Assembly (NCBI GenBank): GCA_021731295.1 | Contig: JAKFXQ010000001.1 | Coordinates: forward strand, 1,636 to 65,635 | Source of the DNA: Patescibacteria group bacterium | GTDB taxonomy: Bacteria > Patescibacteriota > Minisyncoccia > Phycocordibacterales > UBA2100 | Direction of reading: 5' to 3' | Length of the DNA stretch: 64,000 bases | In this document: positions 44,772 through 55,178 of the stretch, in pieces | Layout: every line of letters starts with the position of its first letter | Numbering within the stretch: position 1 is the first letter of the stretch | Translations under genes and position numbers: made by a program | The notes under the pieces: generated by a model | What the model saw: only the letters and a program-made list of their open reading frames with translations | Database searches by the model: none | Told to the model about the DNA's origin: nothing

Positions 44772-46759
44772 CGCCTGCGGAGTGGATAGCACGCGGCGCA
44801 GAGGCCGAGGTCATCCATTTTCTGAATATATTCCACAACAGTAGTGACGAATTCTGCGTGGCTCCACACGAGTGGCGTAACGGATAGTGCCTCACCCGTG
44901 TATGGATTTACCTGCTCCGAGAGCATGCCGGAATCGGTCGCACGCTCGACCACCCACTCAAGGAGTCCGGTAATCTGGGCTAAATCGTCTGCCGTCTTCA
45001 CGCGAGAGAGGAGGTACTGCGCTTTCCACAGCGTGGTCACTGTCCACGGATTCGGCGCCGCGTCTTTCGACGTGCGGTAGTACATGTCGCCTTGGTTGCG
45101 CGGCATGCCACGAATCGTGCCTTCCTTTAGTTCGAGTTCGCGCGACATGGTCTCAAAGGACATCGCCAAGTGCGAATCATCCTTTGGTACTACACCAAAC
45201 TCATACACACCGTAGCTTGATGAAAAGTCGAGCGTGTAATCGTAGGTAAATTCTCCAGGACGCGAGCGGAACACGGCCTTCACGAACGCCTGCTTCGCGT
45301 CGCTCCAGAGCAATGAGGTAATGGCATCGCGCATTCGCTCGGCGGCGTTGCGATACCCCTCCGCGAGCTGGTGTTTCCCGAGCAAATCCGCAAAGTACTC
45401 GCCAACACGCAGTGCGCCATACGTCGTTGAGGCTGTATACGTAGAGACGCAATACACTTCCTCCCACAAATCGTAGCTCGGCTTCGGCAGGCCTGTTTCG
45501 TGATCCACGTGCGCTACCAAAAAGTCTGCACATCGCTTTATCAGCGAATTAAATACTCGCTCCACGAACTCGAGATCGCGCGTGACGTGATAGTACTCTT
45601 TCAGCACGACCAGGATGATTGCCGTCTCGTCTGCTTGCACGGGCAATTCCGTCGCGCCGTTTCGGTACCACGGATGCCACGAGGAACCGACAGAACCGTC
45701 CGCGAGGTACTTGTGCATGAAATACCCTTCCTTCGCCACTATCGAATCGCAGAACTCAAAGAAATTGCGTGCGCTTTCGAAATCACCCGCCAGAATGAGA
45801 GCCCGAATGGCGTAGGCTGCATCACGCGGCCAGACGTACGCATACGTGTCGCGCCCCTGATTCAAGATGCCCGTATCGCTCGCGGCGATGATGCCGCCAC
45901 GCTTGTCTGTATGTGCGCGAATGACAAGGAGTGAGCGCGTAAACATCTCCTGAATGCCGGTAGGAATTTTAGAGAGATTGATGCCTTGCCGTGTCAGCCA
46001 TGCGCGCCAGTAGTCACTGACGGTACCGAGCAAGTATTGTGGCGTTTTTGTGCGCACGTACTCATTCAAGTCTTGTATCGCTTCGAACGTCTCTCCCGCA
46101 CAAAGCCAGTAGTAGAAGGTGCGTGACTCGCCTGGTTGATAGTGCGCCTGAAGGCGCATCACCGAATCCACCTGTCCGTGTTCGATGCCGTTTTGTGACA
46201 ACACGCCGTCGTCCGCATCCCTGAATGTCCCCTCCTTCCCTTCAATACCGGAGAGGCCCACACTCCACTGGTCAAATGGCGCGCTCTCGTGCGATTCGGC
46301 TCGCATGAGGAACATACGCCGACCTTCATAGTGGACCAGTGCGTGCATGCGTGGATCATAGTACGCAGTATCGCCACGCGCCGTTTCTCCCACCTGGAAT
46401 TCATGCCCGAAGAACAATCCAATATCACGTGCATTTTTCGCATCGTTCGTGACAACGATTTCGCGCAGGAAAATATTCTGTTCATTATAGACGGCGTCCC
46501 GCACCGACAAGCGCACTCCCTTTCCAGAGAGCACACCCTCCGCGGTCCCCACCATCGTGTCGTGCATCATGGTCGTCGTCATCTGCCACGAATCGCTTTC
46601 GGTCCAATGCATAGCACCGTCAACGAACACGCCGATGCGGTGGGTGCGGCCGCTCACATGATTCTCACGACCGATGTACGGAAAATAGAGGTCGCGCATT
46701 TGCGCACGCGCATCCACGCCCACGAGGAGCGAGCCGTTCCCCAATGTATAGGACCTCAT
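44768..46759 (-). CDS. glycoside hydrolase family 15 (glucoamylase / glucodextranase / trehalase-like) with N-terminal beta-sandwich domain
   Basis: GIIAASDTGILNQGRDTYAYVWPRDAAYAIRAL (GH15 YxxxWxRD signature); 663 aa. Confidence 0.75.
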   Translation of the reverse strand: MRSYTLGNGSLLVGVDARAQMRDLYFPYIGRENHVSGRTHRIGVFVDGAMHWTESDSWQMTTTMMHDTMVGTAEGVLSGKGVRLSVRDAVYNEQNIFLREIVVTNDAKNARDIGLFFGHEFQVGETARGDTAYYDPRMHALVHYEGRRMFLMRAESHESAPFDQWSVGLSGIEGKEGTFRDADDGVLSQNGIEHGQVDSVMRLQAHYQPGESRTFYYWLCAGETFEAIQDLNEYVRTKTPQYLLGTVSDYWRAWLTRQGINLSKIPTGIQEMFTRSLLVIRAHTDKRGGIIAASDTGILNQGRDTYAYVWPRDAAYAIRALILAGDFESARNFFEFCDSIVAKEGYFMHKYLADGSVGSSWHPWYRNGATELPVQADETAIILVVLKEYYHVTRDLEFVERVFNSLIKRCADFLVAHVDHETGLPKPSYDLWEEVYCVSTYTASTTYGALRVGEYFADLLGKHQLAEGYRNAAERMRDAITSLLWSDAKQAFVKAVFRSRPGEFTYDYTLDFSSSYGVYEFGVVPKDDSHLAMSFETMSRELELKEGTIRGMPRNQGDMYYRTSKDAAPNPWTVTTLWKAQYLLSRVKTADDLAQITGLLEWVVERATDSGMLSEQVNPYTGEALSVTPLVWSHAEFVTTVVEYIQKMDDLGLCAACYPLRRR

Positions 46760-48087
46760 GCCTTCTTGCGCGCAGGTCGCGCAGGCGATTTCCCTTTCGC
46801 CGGTGCCAACAATTTCTTAGGAGGGGCGGCCGCCTTCGCTCGTGCGAGAAGTTTTGGTGGAGCTTTCGTTTTTACCGGAGCCTTCGTTGATGCTTTGGGC
46901 TTCTCGATGCGTAACATTAAGTCAGCCAGCGCGTTCCGATACGCAATGTAGGCATTGTAGGGAGACTCGTACGGATTGAAATAGGCATGAATATCTCCGT
47001 CGTTGAACCACTTCGTGCACATATAGTAGAAGTGGTCAGACGTCTGCAGCTTCCTCCAGTCCTCGATGATGGCATCGTCCTTGGTCGCCATGACCTGGTC
47101 TTCAATTGCGTAGACGTCTGCGAGCGCGGAGCGTTGCAAGTCATTGCCCATCCATGCGGAGAGATCACGATCAGTGTCTGCCCACGAGACGACATGTGGC
47201 ACGTCTACCACGCCGACCGGCTTATTGCGTTCAGCCGCCTCGGAGACCGTAACGAAATCCGTGTCCTTGTGCGCGAGAATGTGCTCTGGCAAGTGCCGAA
47301 CGAACTCGAAGATGCCGGTATCTGCCCACTTGTGCTCACCAAAGGTCTCGTAATCTAAAAAGAGGTTCACGACTTGCCCGTTGCCGTGATACGCGTGCAC
47401 CCAGTGCGCAAACTTATCCGCGGTCAACGGCCACCCGGCCCACGATGAATCGTGGAAGCGGAACGCGATGTCATCCGACAGTTTATAGTGCTTCATGAGA
47501 AGCGCTGTCTTTCCCTTCGGTGGACGATACACGTAGGTTGGCGCGCGCCAGCCGAGAATCGCATCCCATCCTTCAAGCAGCACTGCTTTGTAATTCTTTT
47601 TTGCTGCCCACTCAGCAAGCGAGTTTGTGTACGCGAGTTCGGTATTCCGCAGCGTCTTTGGGGTAACGCCGAAAATCTTCTTAATCTTGGCCGCGTGCAT
47701 TTCTACCTGTCGCTCGAACTCCGGCACTGAATAGAAGAACGCGAGGGAGTGATAGTACGTTTCTGCAACAATCTCAACGCGCCCCGTCTTTACCATTGCG
47801 CGATAAATATCTAAGACGTCCGGCGCCCATCGTTCCATTTGTTCTAACACCGTCCCTGTGAATGAGAACGAGAGCTTGAGTTCAGGATGGCGATGCAAGA
47901 GTTCGAGAAATAGTTCGCCTGCAGGGCGATAGCATTTGTTGGTTACCTTGCGCAGAACCCACTCGTTGTTCAGGTTTTCTTCGCCGGCGTGAGTGAAGTA
48001 GTCGTGACTGTGTCCGACGTCAAAGATGCGATACCTGCGCACGCGGTACGGCTGATGTACATGGAAATAGAGACACACTGAGAGCAT
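46756..48087 (-). CDS. glycoside hydrolase family 57 (alpha-amylase / branching-enzyme-like) with basic Ala/Pro/Lys C-terminal tail
   Basis: CLYFHVHQPYR...HAGEENLNNEW; about 440 aa; tail KAPVKTKAPPKLLARAKAAAPPKK. Confidence 0.7.
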   Translation of the reverse strand: MLSVCLYFHVHQPYRVRRYRIFDVGHSHDYFTHAGEENLNNEWVLRKVTNKCYRPAGELFLELLHRHPELKLSFSFTGTVLEQMERWAPDVLDIYRAMVKTGRVEIVAETYYHSLAFFYSVPEFERQVEMHAAKIKKIFGVTPKTLRNTELAYTNSLAEWAAKKNYKAVLLEGWDAILGWRAPTYVYRPPKGKTALLMKHYKLSDDIAFRFHDSSWAGWPLTADKFAHWVHAYHGNGQVVNLFLDYETFGEHKWADTGIFEFVRHLPEHILAHKDTDFVTVSEAAERNKPVGVVDVPHVVSWADTDRDLSAWMGNDLQRSALADVYAIEDQVMATKDDAIIEDWRKLQTSDHFYYMCTKWFNDGDIHAYFNPYESPYNAYIAYRNALADLMLRIEKPKASTKAPVKTKAPPKLLARAKAAAPPKKLLAPAKGKSPARPARKKA

Positions 48088-48093
48088 GAAAGA

Positions 48094-49287
48094 TCACGAG
48101 GAGGTGACACATGCAGTATATAGTGCAATACATCGTTTCGCCGAGATATCCCATGTGGATTGCAACGCCTCGTGCGCGCCGTTTTTACTCAACGTATCGT
48201 GAAGCGGCTTATACGCAGCAATGGAGAGCATGTACTGAGCAAGCAATTCTACATCCCAGAAATCTGCTACAAGCGCGCTCGGCAAAACTTCTTTCACGCC
48301 TGATTGCTTGGAGATGATCGTCGGAATTCCTTCTGCCGCTGCTTCAAGCGCGATGAGACCAAATGGTTCGGCGACCGACGGCATCACCAGCATGTCAGCG
48401 GCCTGCATGAGCGCGCGACGTTCTGCTCCGCGAGCGAATCCGGCAAAGAACACATGCTTCCCTAACCCGACACCGGCAGCGTGAAAAAGCAGTTGGCGTT
48501 CGAGTTCGCCCGCGCCCGCAAGAATGAATCTAAATCGCGGATTGTGTCTGATAACAATTTCTGCCGCACGCAAGAATATGTCGGGACCTTTATGCAGAGT
48601 CATACGTCCCATGTAGAGCGCGACCGCTCCCCTATCGGGCTTTACGGTAACGGGCACGAAATCTTCGTGCTCGCGCAACAGTCCATTATGGATGACATAA
48701 ATCTTTTCGCGCGGAACGTTGTACTTTGTTTCAAGAAGTTCGCGCACGCGGTGCGATATTGCAATGATGGCATCTGCGCCATCAAATGATTCCTTCTCTA
48801 TCGCGAATACGCGTTCGTCGAATCCCAGTGCCGCGCCCTGATCCACAGACGGAAGGTGCACGTGGAGAATCAAGGGCTTCCCCGTTGCCTTCTTTGCCGC
48901 GAGTCCTGCAGGGAACGCCAACCAGTCGTGCGCGTGAATGACATCGAATTTCTCGGTGAGTGCTATGTCTTCAGCGGCCTCCGCGTAGCGCAATACTTCT
49001 GAAAATAAATCATGCGCGAATCCACCCTGAATGCCCATGCGCATCTGTTCATACAATGTCGCCGTCATGTAGGGCGAGAGCAAAGAGTTGACGAAGCGTC
49101 CGCGAACACGCTCCTTGGGTGGGAAAATGACGTCGAGATGTTCATCGGGCACGTCTTGTGGACGCGGAAGAACGAAGGTCACCGAAACGCCCGCGTCTGC
49201 GAGAGCCTTCGTTAGTCCACGACAGGCGACTCCTAAACCGCCACTATTGTGCGGCGGAAACTCCCATCCAAACATGAGTACGCGCAT
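48094..49287 (-). CDS. GT-B glycosyltransferase (GT4/GT5, glycogen synthase-like)
   Basis: MRVLMFGWEFPPHNSGGLGVACRGL... N-terminal motif of archaeal-type glycogen synthases; C-terminal E-x7-E GT4-like region. Confidence 0.7.
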   Translation of the reverse strand: MRVLMFGWEFPPHNSGGLGVACRGLTKALADAGVSVTFVLPRPQDVPDEHLDVIFPPKERVRGRFVNSLLSPYMTATLYEQMRMGIQGGFAHDLFSEVLRYAEAAEDIALTEKFDVIHAHDWLAFPAGLAAKKATGKPLILHVHLPSVDQGAALGFDERVFAIEKESFDGADAIIAISHRVRELLETKYNVPREKIYVIHNGLLREHEDFVPVTVKPDRGAVALYMGRMTLHKGPDIFLRAAEIVIRHNPRFRFILAGAGELERQLLFHAAGVGLGKHVFFAGFARGAERRALMQAADMLVMPSVAEPFGLIALEAAAEGIPTIISKQSGVKEVLPSALVADFWDVELLAQYMLSIAAYKPLHDTLSKNGAHEALQSTWDISAKRCIALYTACVTSS

Positions 49288-49350
49288 GCGTTTTCAGTAT
49301 AGACTGCGCACCTAAGGATGTGGCCCTGCAAAGCCACAAAAGGGGGACAA

Positions 49351-50154
49351 CTAGCGCCCCCGCATGGCAAGCGCCCGACCACCTTCTAAACCGCCATTAT
49401 CTTTAAGAGAGGCCATGACCAGTTTCGGCATTGTGGCGAAGGGACTGATGCGCGCTGCGAGGTCCGCCTGCAGACGTTCAAGTGGAATAGGATTAATCCC
49501 GACAATCATCGAGCCCCCTATCACAATGGTATCCGGCGACCAGTGCACGCACGAGTTGTAGAGCCCGATGCTCAATATGTCAGCGAGTTTGGTACGCTCT
49601 TCAAGTGAGTCGAGATCCTTAGGATGAATGCCGAACTTCTTCTGCACGGCTTTTCCAGAAACTTGATCTTCCAGAGACTCAGTACCAACGAGCTGCTTGC
49701 CTGGGTGGAACCCGATGGCGGCCCTATCGATTCCGCCGTCCACGATGCGCGCCCCACCGACACCCGTGGAAACGGTGACATACATCATGATTGACGACCC
49801 CTGCCCTGCCCCGAAGGCGAACTCGCCTAACCCAACACACCCCGCATCGTTCACGATGGTGACAGGAGCGGATACAACTTTCTGCAGATGTTCTGCGGGC
49901 GATAGGCCGACCCACTGCGGAATATTGGGCATCTCGCGAATCCTCTCTCCGTCGAACTCCCCTGGCATGCAGCCTGCTATAGCATCTACCGTCCGGTCGC
50001 CCGCAAGTGTCTTCACGAGCTCCGAGAAGCGCGCCATGCCCTCGGCCGGATCTTGTGGCGTCGGAATTTTGCTTATATCTTCGAGACCATTCTCGCTCGC
50101 TCGCGCAACGCGCATGTTCGTACCTCCGATATCAAAAACAATGTAGGTGCTCAT
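49351..50154 (-). CDS. ROK-family sugar kinase (glucokinase-like)
   Basis: IVFDIGGTNMRVA... and GCVGLGEF ROK motifs. Confidence 0.7.
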   Translation of the reverse strand: MSTYIVFDIGGTNMRVARASENGLEDISKIPTPQDPAEGMARFSELVKTLAGDRTVDAIAGCMPGEFDGERIREMPNIPQWVGLSPAEHLQKVVSAPVTIVNDAGCVGLGEFAFGAGQGSSIMMYVTVSTGVGGARIVDGGIDRAAIGFHPGKQLVGTESLEDQVSGKAVQKKFGIHPKDLDSLEERTKLADILSIGLYNSCVHWSPDTIVIGGSMIVGINPIPLERLQADLAARISPFATMPKLVMASLKDNGGLEGGRALAMRGR

Positions 50155-50175
50155 ACGCGCCAGTATCGCACCGCG

Positions 50176-51168
50176 CTAGTCGGCGAACAAGACTTTCGCA
50201 AAGAGCCAGTGGTCAGGGTGGCCCTTTTCGCGCATGTAGTACCACCACTCCACGCCCCACAAGTATTGTTCTCTAAACGGCGTCTCTGCCGCATAGGCGA
50301 TTATTTCCTCCATCATTGGGACACTCATGCGCGAACGCTGCTCTAGGAGCGGCACGTCTTCTATGGGCGCTGCAAGCCACGGCTCGAGTGAGAGTTCGGA
50401 AAGAATGACGGGCTTCTGACCGTACAGAAGTCGCATCACCGTGCCTTTGACCGCATAGAGCGAGGACGGCAGCGCCGTGCGGAACATGCCGGTATCAGGT
50501 CTGTAGAAATAAATGTACAGACTGGTGCCGAAGACGTCGGCGAGTTGATACGGTTTGTACCAGAGGCCGAGATTGCCGCTGTCGGTAACCATGATTGGGC
50601 GCGAGTCGAGCGAACGAACTAGTGCGAGCTCTTCCTCAAAAAATGCCTCGTCTACCATATCTCCGCATGACTCGTCCGCAAAGACGGGGAGGAACACCTC
50701 GTTCTCTACCTGCCACATGGTGATGGTCGGATTGTCCTTGTATCGCTCGACGGTCGCCCGCACGATGTCGCGCAGCTGACTCTTCTGCTCTTCCCACGGA
50801 AGTTCGCGTGCCCACTGCGGAATATGACATTCGGGCCAGCGCGGAACACGCCTGCCTATCGCCAGGATGACACGGGCGTCGCGCGCACCCGCCTCGCGAA
50901 TAAGCTCGTCGAGTTCGCTCCAGTCATACGCGTCGCGCTCGCGTTCTATCTGGTCCCAGTACGCCACGAGACGAAACTTTCGGACACCAAGCTCATCGAG
51001 CGTTGCACGATACGCTGCCCGCCAATCAATACCAATTTCGCGTGCATAGGCCGGTGAGAATGTGACGCCGTATTCGCGTGTCGGAGGAATGTCGGCACGA
51101 GATAAAAAGAAGTACCCAAGTATGACGGAGCCAATGATGGTGGCGAGCGTAGCGAGAATGGCTTTCAT
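50176..51168 (-). CDS. TIM-barrel glycoside hydrolase (GH5/cellulase-superfamily-like), membrane-anchored
   Basis: N-terminal TM; TMWQVENEV (catalytic acid NE); trimmed from ORF 50176..51426 to MKAILATLA. Confidence 0.55.
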   Translation of the reverse strand: MKAILATLATIIGSVILGYFFLSRADIPPTREYGVTFSPAYAREIGIDWRAAYRATLDELGVRKFRLVAYWDQIERERDAYDWSELDELIREAGARDARVILAIGRRVPRWPECHIPQWARELPWEEQKSQLRDIVRATVERYKDNPTITMWQVENEVFLPVFADESCGDMVDEAFFEEELALVRSLDSRPIMVTDSGNLGLWYKPYQLADVFGTSLYIYFYRPDTGMFRTALPSSLYAVKGTVMRLLYGQKPVILSELSLEPWLAAPIEDVPLLEQRSRMSVPMMEEIIAYAAETPFREQYLWGVEWWYYMREKGHPDHWLFAKVLFAD

Positions 51169-52058
51169 GCAAACGTGTACGCGAGTGCCGCGAGGCCGAC
51201 GCAGATGAGCCCAATACCGACACCCGTATGCCAGCCACCATGCGTTAGTGAATCCTGTTTCATCCCGGGCATGTAGCGTGCAAACAGAATGGACATGATG
51301 AAGAGGAAGACGAACTGTAATCCGGTGAGCGCATTGACGAGAGCGACACTCCCCAGAGACACGGCAAATGAAAACAAGATACTCGCGGCGCCTGCTATCA
51401 CTTTGTTCCCCATCACGAGTGCCCATGCGCCACGCGTGGACTGTTTCGCGCTATGGAATATTTTCGCGCGCATCTGTGGAAGAAGGAGGAGCGAGAGGAC
51501 GAAGAGAACGCCCATCATGCGCATCCAGAAGAATGCGTCTATGAAGTCCGTTCGCTCAAAGACGAGCTTGGAGAGAAACACGGTCGAGCCAAACGCGACT
51601 CCCGCACAGATCGTGTAGAGGAGCGCACTGCGAGAGAAGTGGAAGTGCGAAATAATCGCCGTGCCGATTGCAAGGAGGAAGGCCGGTAGAATGAATCCTT
51701 CGACATCCGTGTGCAGAATGAGTGCCGAGAGGACAATGGTCGTCAGCGCAGAGATTCCTCCCACGGCAGGAGCAACATCTGAGGCGCGTGCGATTTTGAG
51801 TGCCGAGTAGAGCGTGAAAAGCGCGGTGAAAAATGCCATGCCGTTCATGAGCGCGATGCCAATGAGCGACCACGTGGGCCACGACACAAACCCAAAGGGT
51901 GCAAATCCCGCTACGACCGCAGAAAAGAGCACGGAGAAAAATGCGTAGGCCGCTGGCTCACCTATTGCACGCGCGCGGATGACAATATGCTTGTCAATGA
52001 GAATGGAGACCGCGTACAAGAACTGCGCGGCGAACGCGAGGAGAATCCAGAGCTCCAT
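51165..52058 (-). CDS. EamA/DMT-superfamily transporter (10 TM)
   Basis: Two EamA-like repeats of 5 TM helices. Confidence 0.65.
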   Translation of the reverse strand: MELWILLAFAAQFLYAVSILIDKHIVIRARAIGEPAAYAFFSVLFSAVVAGFAPFGFVSWPTWSLIGIALMNGMAFFTALFTLYSALKIARASDVAPAVGGISALTTIVLSALILHTDVEGFILPAFLLAIGTAIISHFHFSRSALLYTICAGVAFGSTVFLSKLVFERTDFIDAFFWMRMMGVLFVLSLLLLPQMRAKIFHSAKQSTRGAWALVMGNKVIAGAASILFSFAVSLGSVALVNALTGLQFVFLFIMSILFARYMPGMKQDSLTHGGWHTGVGIGLICVGLAALAYTFA

Positions 52059-52127
52059 CCGCGTATTCTACCGTGCTCAAAGCCCATACCCTTGGTGCAA
52101 CGCCCGAGACGGGTATAATCGCCCCAC

Positions 52128-52658
52128 ATGATAGTACTCGGCACTATCCTTCTCCTCCTTCCAGCAGCGGCCGCGAACATGGCGCCCGTCTTTTTTAGCC
52201 GCGCCACGTTTCTCTCTACCCCGCTCGATTTGGGAAGACACTACCGCAATAGACGTGTGTTCGGTGACAATAAGAAGGTGCGCGGGCTTGTCGTCGGAAT
52301 CTGTGCTGCCGTTCTCGTCGCCTGGATACAGGTTCTCGCGGCACCACTGTTCGCTGAATACGCGCTTATCGATTATGCCGCCGTGGACCCGATCCTCCTT
52401 GGGCTCCTTCTGGGGACGGGAGCACTCGTCGGTGACGCTATAGAGAGCTTTTTCAAGCGCCAGCGTGGCATTGCACCGGGAGAATCTTGGATGCCGTTTG
52501 ACCAGATTGATTGGATACTGGGTGCGTTCGTGTTTCTCACGCCACTGTACATGTTCTCCCCTGCCGTCTATTTCGCAGCACTCCTGATTGGCGGGTTACT
52601 CCATCCCGTCATCAATATCATCGGCTACCACATAGGACTCAAGCGCAAACGCCTCTAG
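52128..52658 (+). CDS. CarS-like (CDP-archaeol synthase / DUF46) CTP-transferase family membrane protein
   Basis: LPAAAANMAPVF N-terminal motif and GDAIESFFKRQRG (CDS/CarS signature GDxxESxxKR); about 5 TM, 176 aa. Confidence 0.5.
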   Translation: MIVLGTILLLLPAAAANMAPVFFSRATFLSTPLDLGRHYRNRRVFGDNKKVRGLVVGICAAVLVAWIQVLAAPLFAEYALIDYAAVDPILLGLLLGTGALVGDAIESFFKRQRGIAPGESWMPFDQIDWILGAFVFLTPLYMFSPAVYFAALLIGGLLHPVINIIGYHIGLKRKRL

Positions 52659-53869
52659 GTCGATTTCTCTTTGATTAGACGCGCGTAGTCATACGCACTT
52701 TGTCGAATGGTTCGTGTCTGCGTCGCGTAATCAATCGCGACAAGTCCGAAGCGCTTGTCGAATCCATGCGACCACTCGTAATTATCGAGAAGTGACCAGT
52801 ACATATAGCCGCGAAGGTCCGCGCCGCGCTCGCGCGCTCGCTCCATCGCATAGACGAGTTCACGAATATACGAGGCACGATTCACATCTTTCTCGTCTGC
52901 AATCCCCGCTTCACTCACGTAGAGCGGCTTGCCGTAGCGCTTCAGCATTACTAATGCCTCTTCGATGCCCTCGGGATAAATGTCCCAGTTCATGTCGGTT
53001 TTCGAGTACTGACGCGTGTCGCCAAACTTTTTGTGGAGGTAGTAATTGACTCCGATAGAGTCGCACTGCTTCGCGACGCGCGACATAAAGTAGTGCGTCC
53101 AATGCCAATTGAGAACGGCCGCAAGAACGCGATGCTTGAGCCTTCCATCGTCATGGAAGAGGATAACTTGGTGCACAAGCCCAACGTCGAGAGAGGGCTG
53201 TGCCCGTTTCATCTCGCGATACGCCGCATTGTGCGCAGCGATGAGATTTTTTATGACACGAAAATACAGATAGATATTCCGGAAACTGGTGTCTTTCTTC
53301 ATATCCGGCATAGAACCAGGAACTCCGGAGAGCGCCATTTCTATCCCAGGCCAACTTTTGAATGGCGCCCACGTGCCGCGCCGCCACCCATTCGAAGAAA
53401 ACGGCATCGCCTCGTTCATCGTCGCAAAGTGTGCGCATAAGTCACCAAGTTCGCGCGCGACGTGGCCGCAGTAGCGAGCGAAGATTTCGGGTGCATCCTT
53501 TCGTTCGAAGCCACCCGTCCGTGCAAACCACAGCGGTAAGGTGAAGTGCCAGACCGTGACGAAAGGCTCAAGCCCCCGCGCACGCAGTGCCATCAAGACC
53601 TTGCGGTAGTGTTCGATTTCTTTAGCGTCAAACTTTCCTTCTTCGGGTTCGATACGCGCCCATTCAACAGACAGGCGATGACAATTGTGCCCGAGCGATT
53701 TGGCGATATCGAAATCACTTTCGTAGCGCGCGTAGTGCTCGCACGCAGCACCACAGACCGGCACGCGTCCTTCTCGTGCCGCTTCCGCCCAATCACAATT
53801 CTCAATGCCGCCTTCTACTTGATAGCTCGCTGTTGCGGCGCCCCAGAAGAAACCCTTCGGGAATGACAT
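52655..53869 (-). CDS. GH1 beta-glucosidase
   Basis: MSFPKGFFWGAATASYQVEGG..., TVWHFTLP, YVSEAGI (ENG-type nucleophile region). Start trimmed to M7 of ORF. Confidence 0.85.
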   Translation of the reverse strand: MSFPKGFFWGAATASYQVEGGIENCDWAEAAREGRVPVCGAACEHYARYESDFDIAKSLGHNCHRLSVEWARIEPEEGKFDAKEIEHYRKVLMALRARGLEPFVTVWHFTLPLWFARTGGFERKDAPEIFARYCGHVARELGDLCAHFATMNEAMPFSSNGWRRGTWAPFKSWPGIEMALSGVPGSMPDMKKDTSFRNIYLYFRVIKNLIAAHNAAYREMKRAQPSLDVGLVHQVILFHDDGRLKHRVLAAVLNWHWTHYFMSRVAKQCDSIGVNYYLHKKFGDTRQYSKTDMNWDIYPEGIEEALVMLKRYGKPLYVSEAGIADEKDVNRASYIRELVYAMERARERGADLRGYMYWSLLDNYEWSHGFDKRFGLVAIDYATQTRTIRQSAYDYARLIKEKST

Positions 53870-53950
53870 CACGCTAGTATACGGCATTGCGCAGACCAGT
53901 TTGTCGCGCTATACGTACGGATGGCTAGGAGGCAGCAGAAAGGGAGCGCC

Positions 53951-54133
53951 ATGTGCGTAACGAGAGAACGTGAGACGGTCTTGTGCCCCGAGTGTCGTCA
54001 AATCGTCCCTGCGCGACTGGATCGCGTTGACGAATGGGTGGCGAGCGGCCACAAACGCTGGATAGTAAGGAAGAATCGCCGACGCGACGAATTCTGTCCT
54101 GGCAGCGGGCAAAGGCCCTACGAGCCGAGATGA
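53951..54133 (+). CDS. possible small zinc-ribbon protein (60 aa)
   Basis: AAGGGAG 7 nt upstream of ATG (MCVTRERETVLCPECRQ...); weak support. Confidence 0.25.
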   Translation: MCVTRERETVLCPECRQIVPARLDRVDEWVASGHKRWIVRKNRRRDEFCPGSGQRPYEPR

Positions 54134-54173
54134 CCCTACGGGGTCGCGAATGCGCATGCGGTATACTGCCGTC

Positions 54174-55178
54174 ATGCGCATTCTCTTTGATGCTGTCGAA
54201 ACGGACGAGCAAAACTTTTACCGTAGCGAATTACCCGAACATGAACTCACGTTTCTCGACACGCCACTCACTGCCGTGCGAGATGAATTGCAAAATGCTG
54301 ACATTCTCTCAGTGTTCGTCTCTTCCTCGGTCACGCCAGAGATGATTGCGGCAATGCCGACCGTTAAGGCGATTGCGACGCGCTCCATGGGGTTTGATCA
54401 CATAGACAAGGCGGCGTGTAAGGAGCGTGGCATAACACTTACCTACGTACCCTCCTATGGGACGCGTACGGTCGCCGAGTTCGCATTCTCGCTCATCCTC
54501 GCACTTTCACGAAAGGCGTACGCTGCGTATGACCGCCTACGCACCGACGGCACAACCGACGTGAAAGACTTTGAGGGATTCGACCTTGCGGGAAAAACCA
54601 TCGGCGTCGTGGGCACCGGCAAGATTGGCAAGAACATGGCTCGCATTGCGCGCGGCTTCGACATGAAGGTAGAAATTTGCGACAGTTTCCCAGACGAATC
54701 ATTCGCAAAGGAGATTGGAAGCACGTATTGCTCGCTTGAGGAACTTGTTGCCGCAAGCGACATCATCTCCATTCACGTACCTTTGATGCCTCAGACGCAG
54801 CATCTCTTTAACGCCGACATTCTCGCGAAGTGCAAACCCGGAGCCTACCTCATCAACACATCACGCGGCGGCGTGGTGGATACCAAGGCGCTCGTTGATG
54901 CGCTCAAGCGCGGACACCTCGCTGGCGCAGGACTCGATGTTATAGAAGGCGAACGTGCACTCATGGACGAAACATCACTCCTCTCCGAATCGCACCAGGA
55001 CGTGAACGAGTTCCAAGAGCTCGTCGCGGCACACGCACTCCTCGACATGCCAAACGTAATTCTCACACCGCACATCGCGTTCAATACGAAAGAAGCAAAG
55101 CGTGAGATTGCGACGGTCACGGTCGCGAACATACAGGCAGCTATTGCGGGCACGCCACAGAATACCGTCGCACTATGA
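54174..55178 (+). CDS. D-isomer-specific 2-hydroxyacid dehydrogenase (glycerate dehydrogenase / hydroxypyruvate reductase / D-LDH family)
   Basis: GKTIGVVGTGKIGKNMARIARGFDMKV NAD-binding motif; catalytic R/E/H region ...TPHIAFNT. Confidence 0.8.
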   Translation: MRILFDAVETDEQNFYRSELPEHELTFLDTPLTAVRDELQNADILSVFVSSSVTPEMIAAMPTVKAIATRSMGFDHIDKAACKERGITLTYVPSYGTRTVAEFAFSLILALSRKAYAAYDRLRTDGTTDVKDFEGFDLAGKTIGVVGTGKIGKNMARIARGFDMKVEICDSFPDESFAKEIGSTYCSLEELVAASDIISIHVPLMPQTQHLFNADILAKCKPGAYLINTSRGGVVDTKALVDALKRGHLAGAGLDVIEGERALMDETSLLSESHQDVNEFQELVAAHALLDMPNVILTPHIAFNTKEAKREIATVTVANIQAAIAGTPQNTVAL

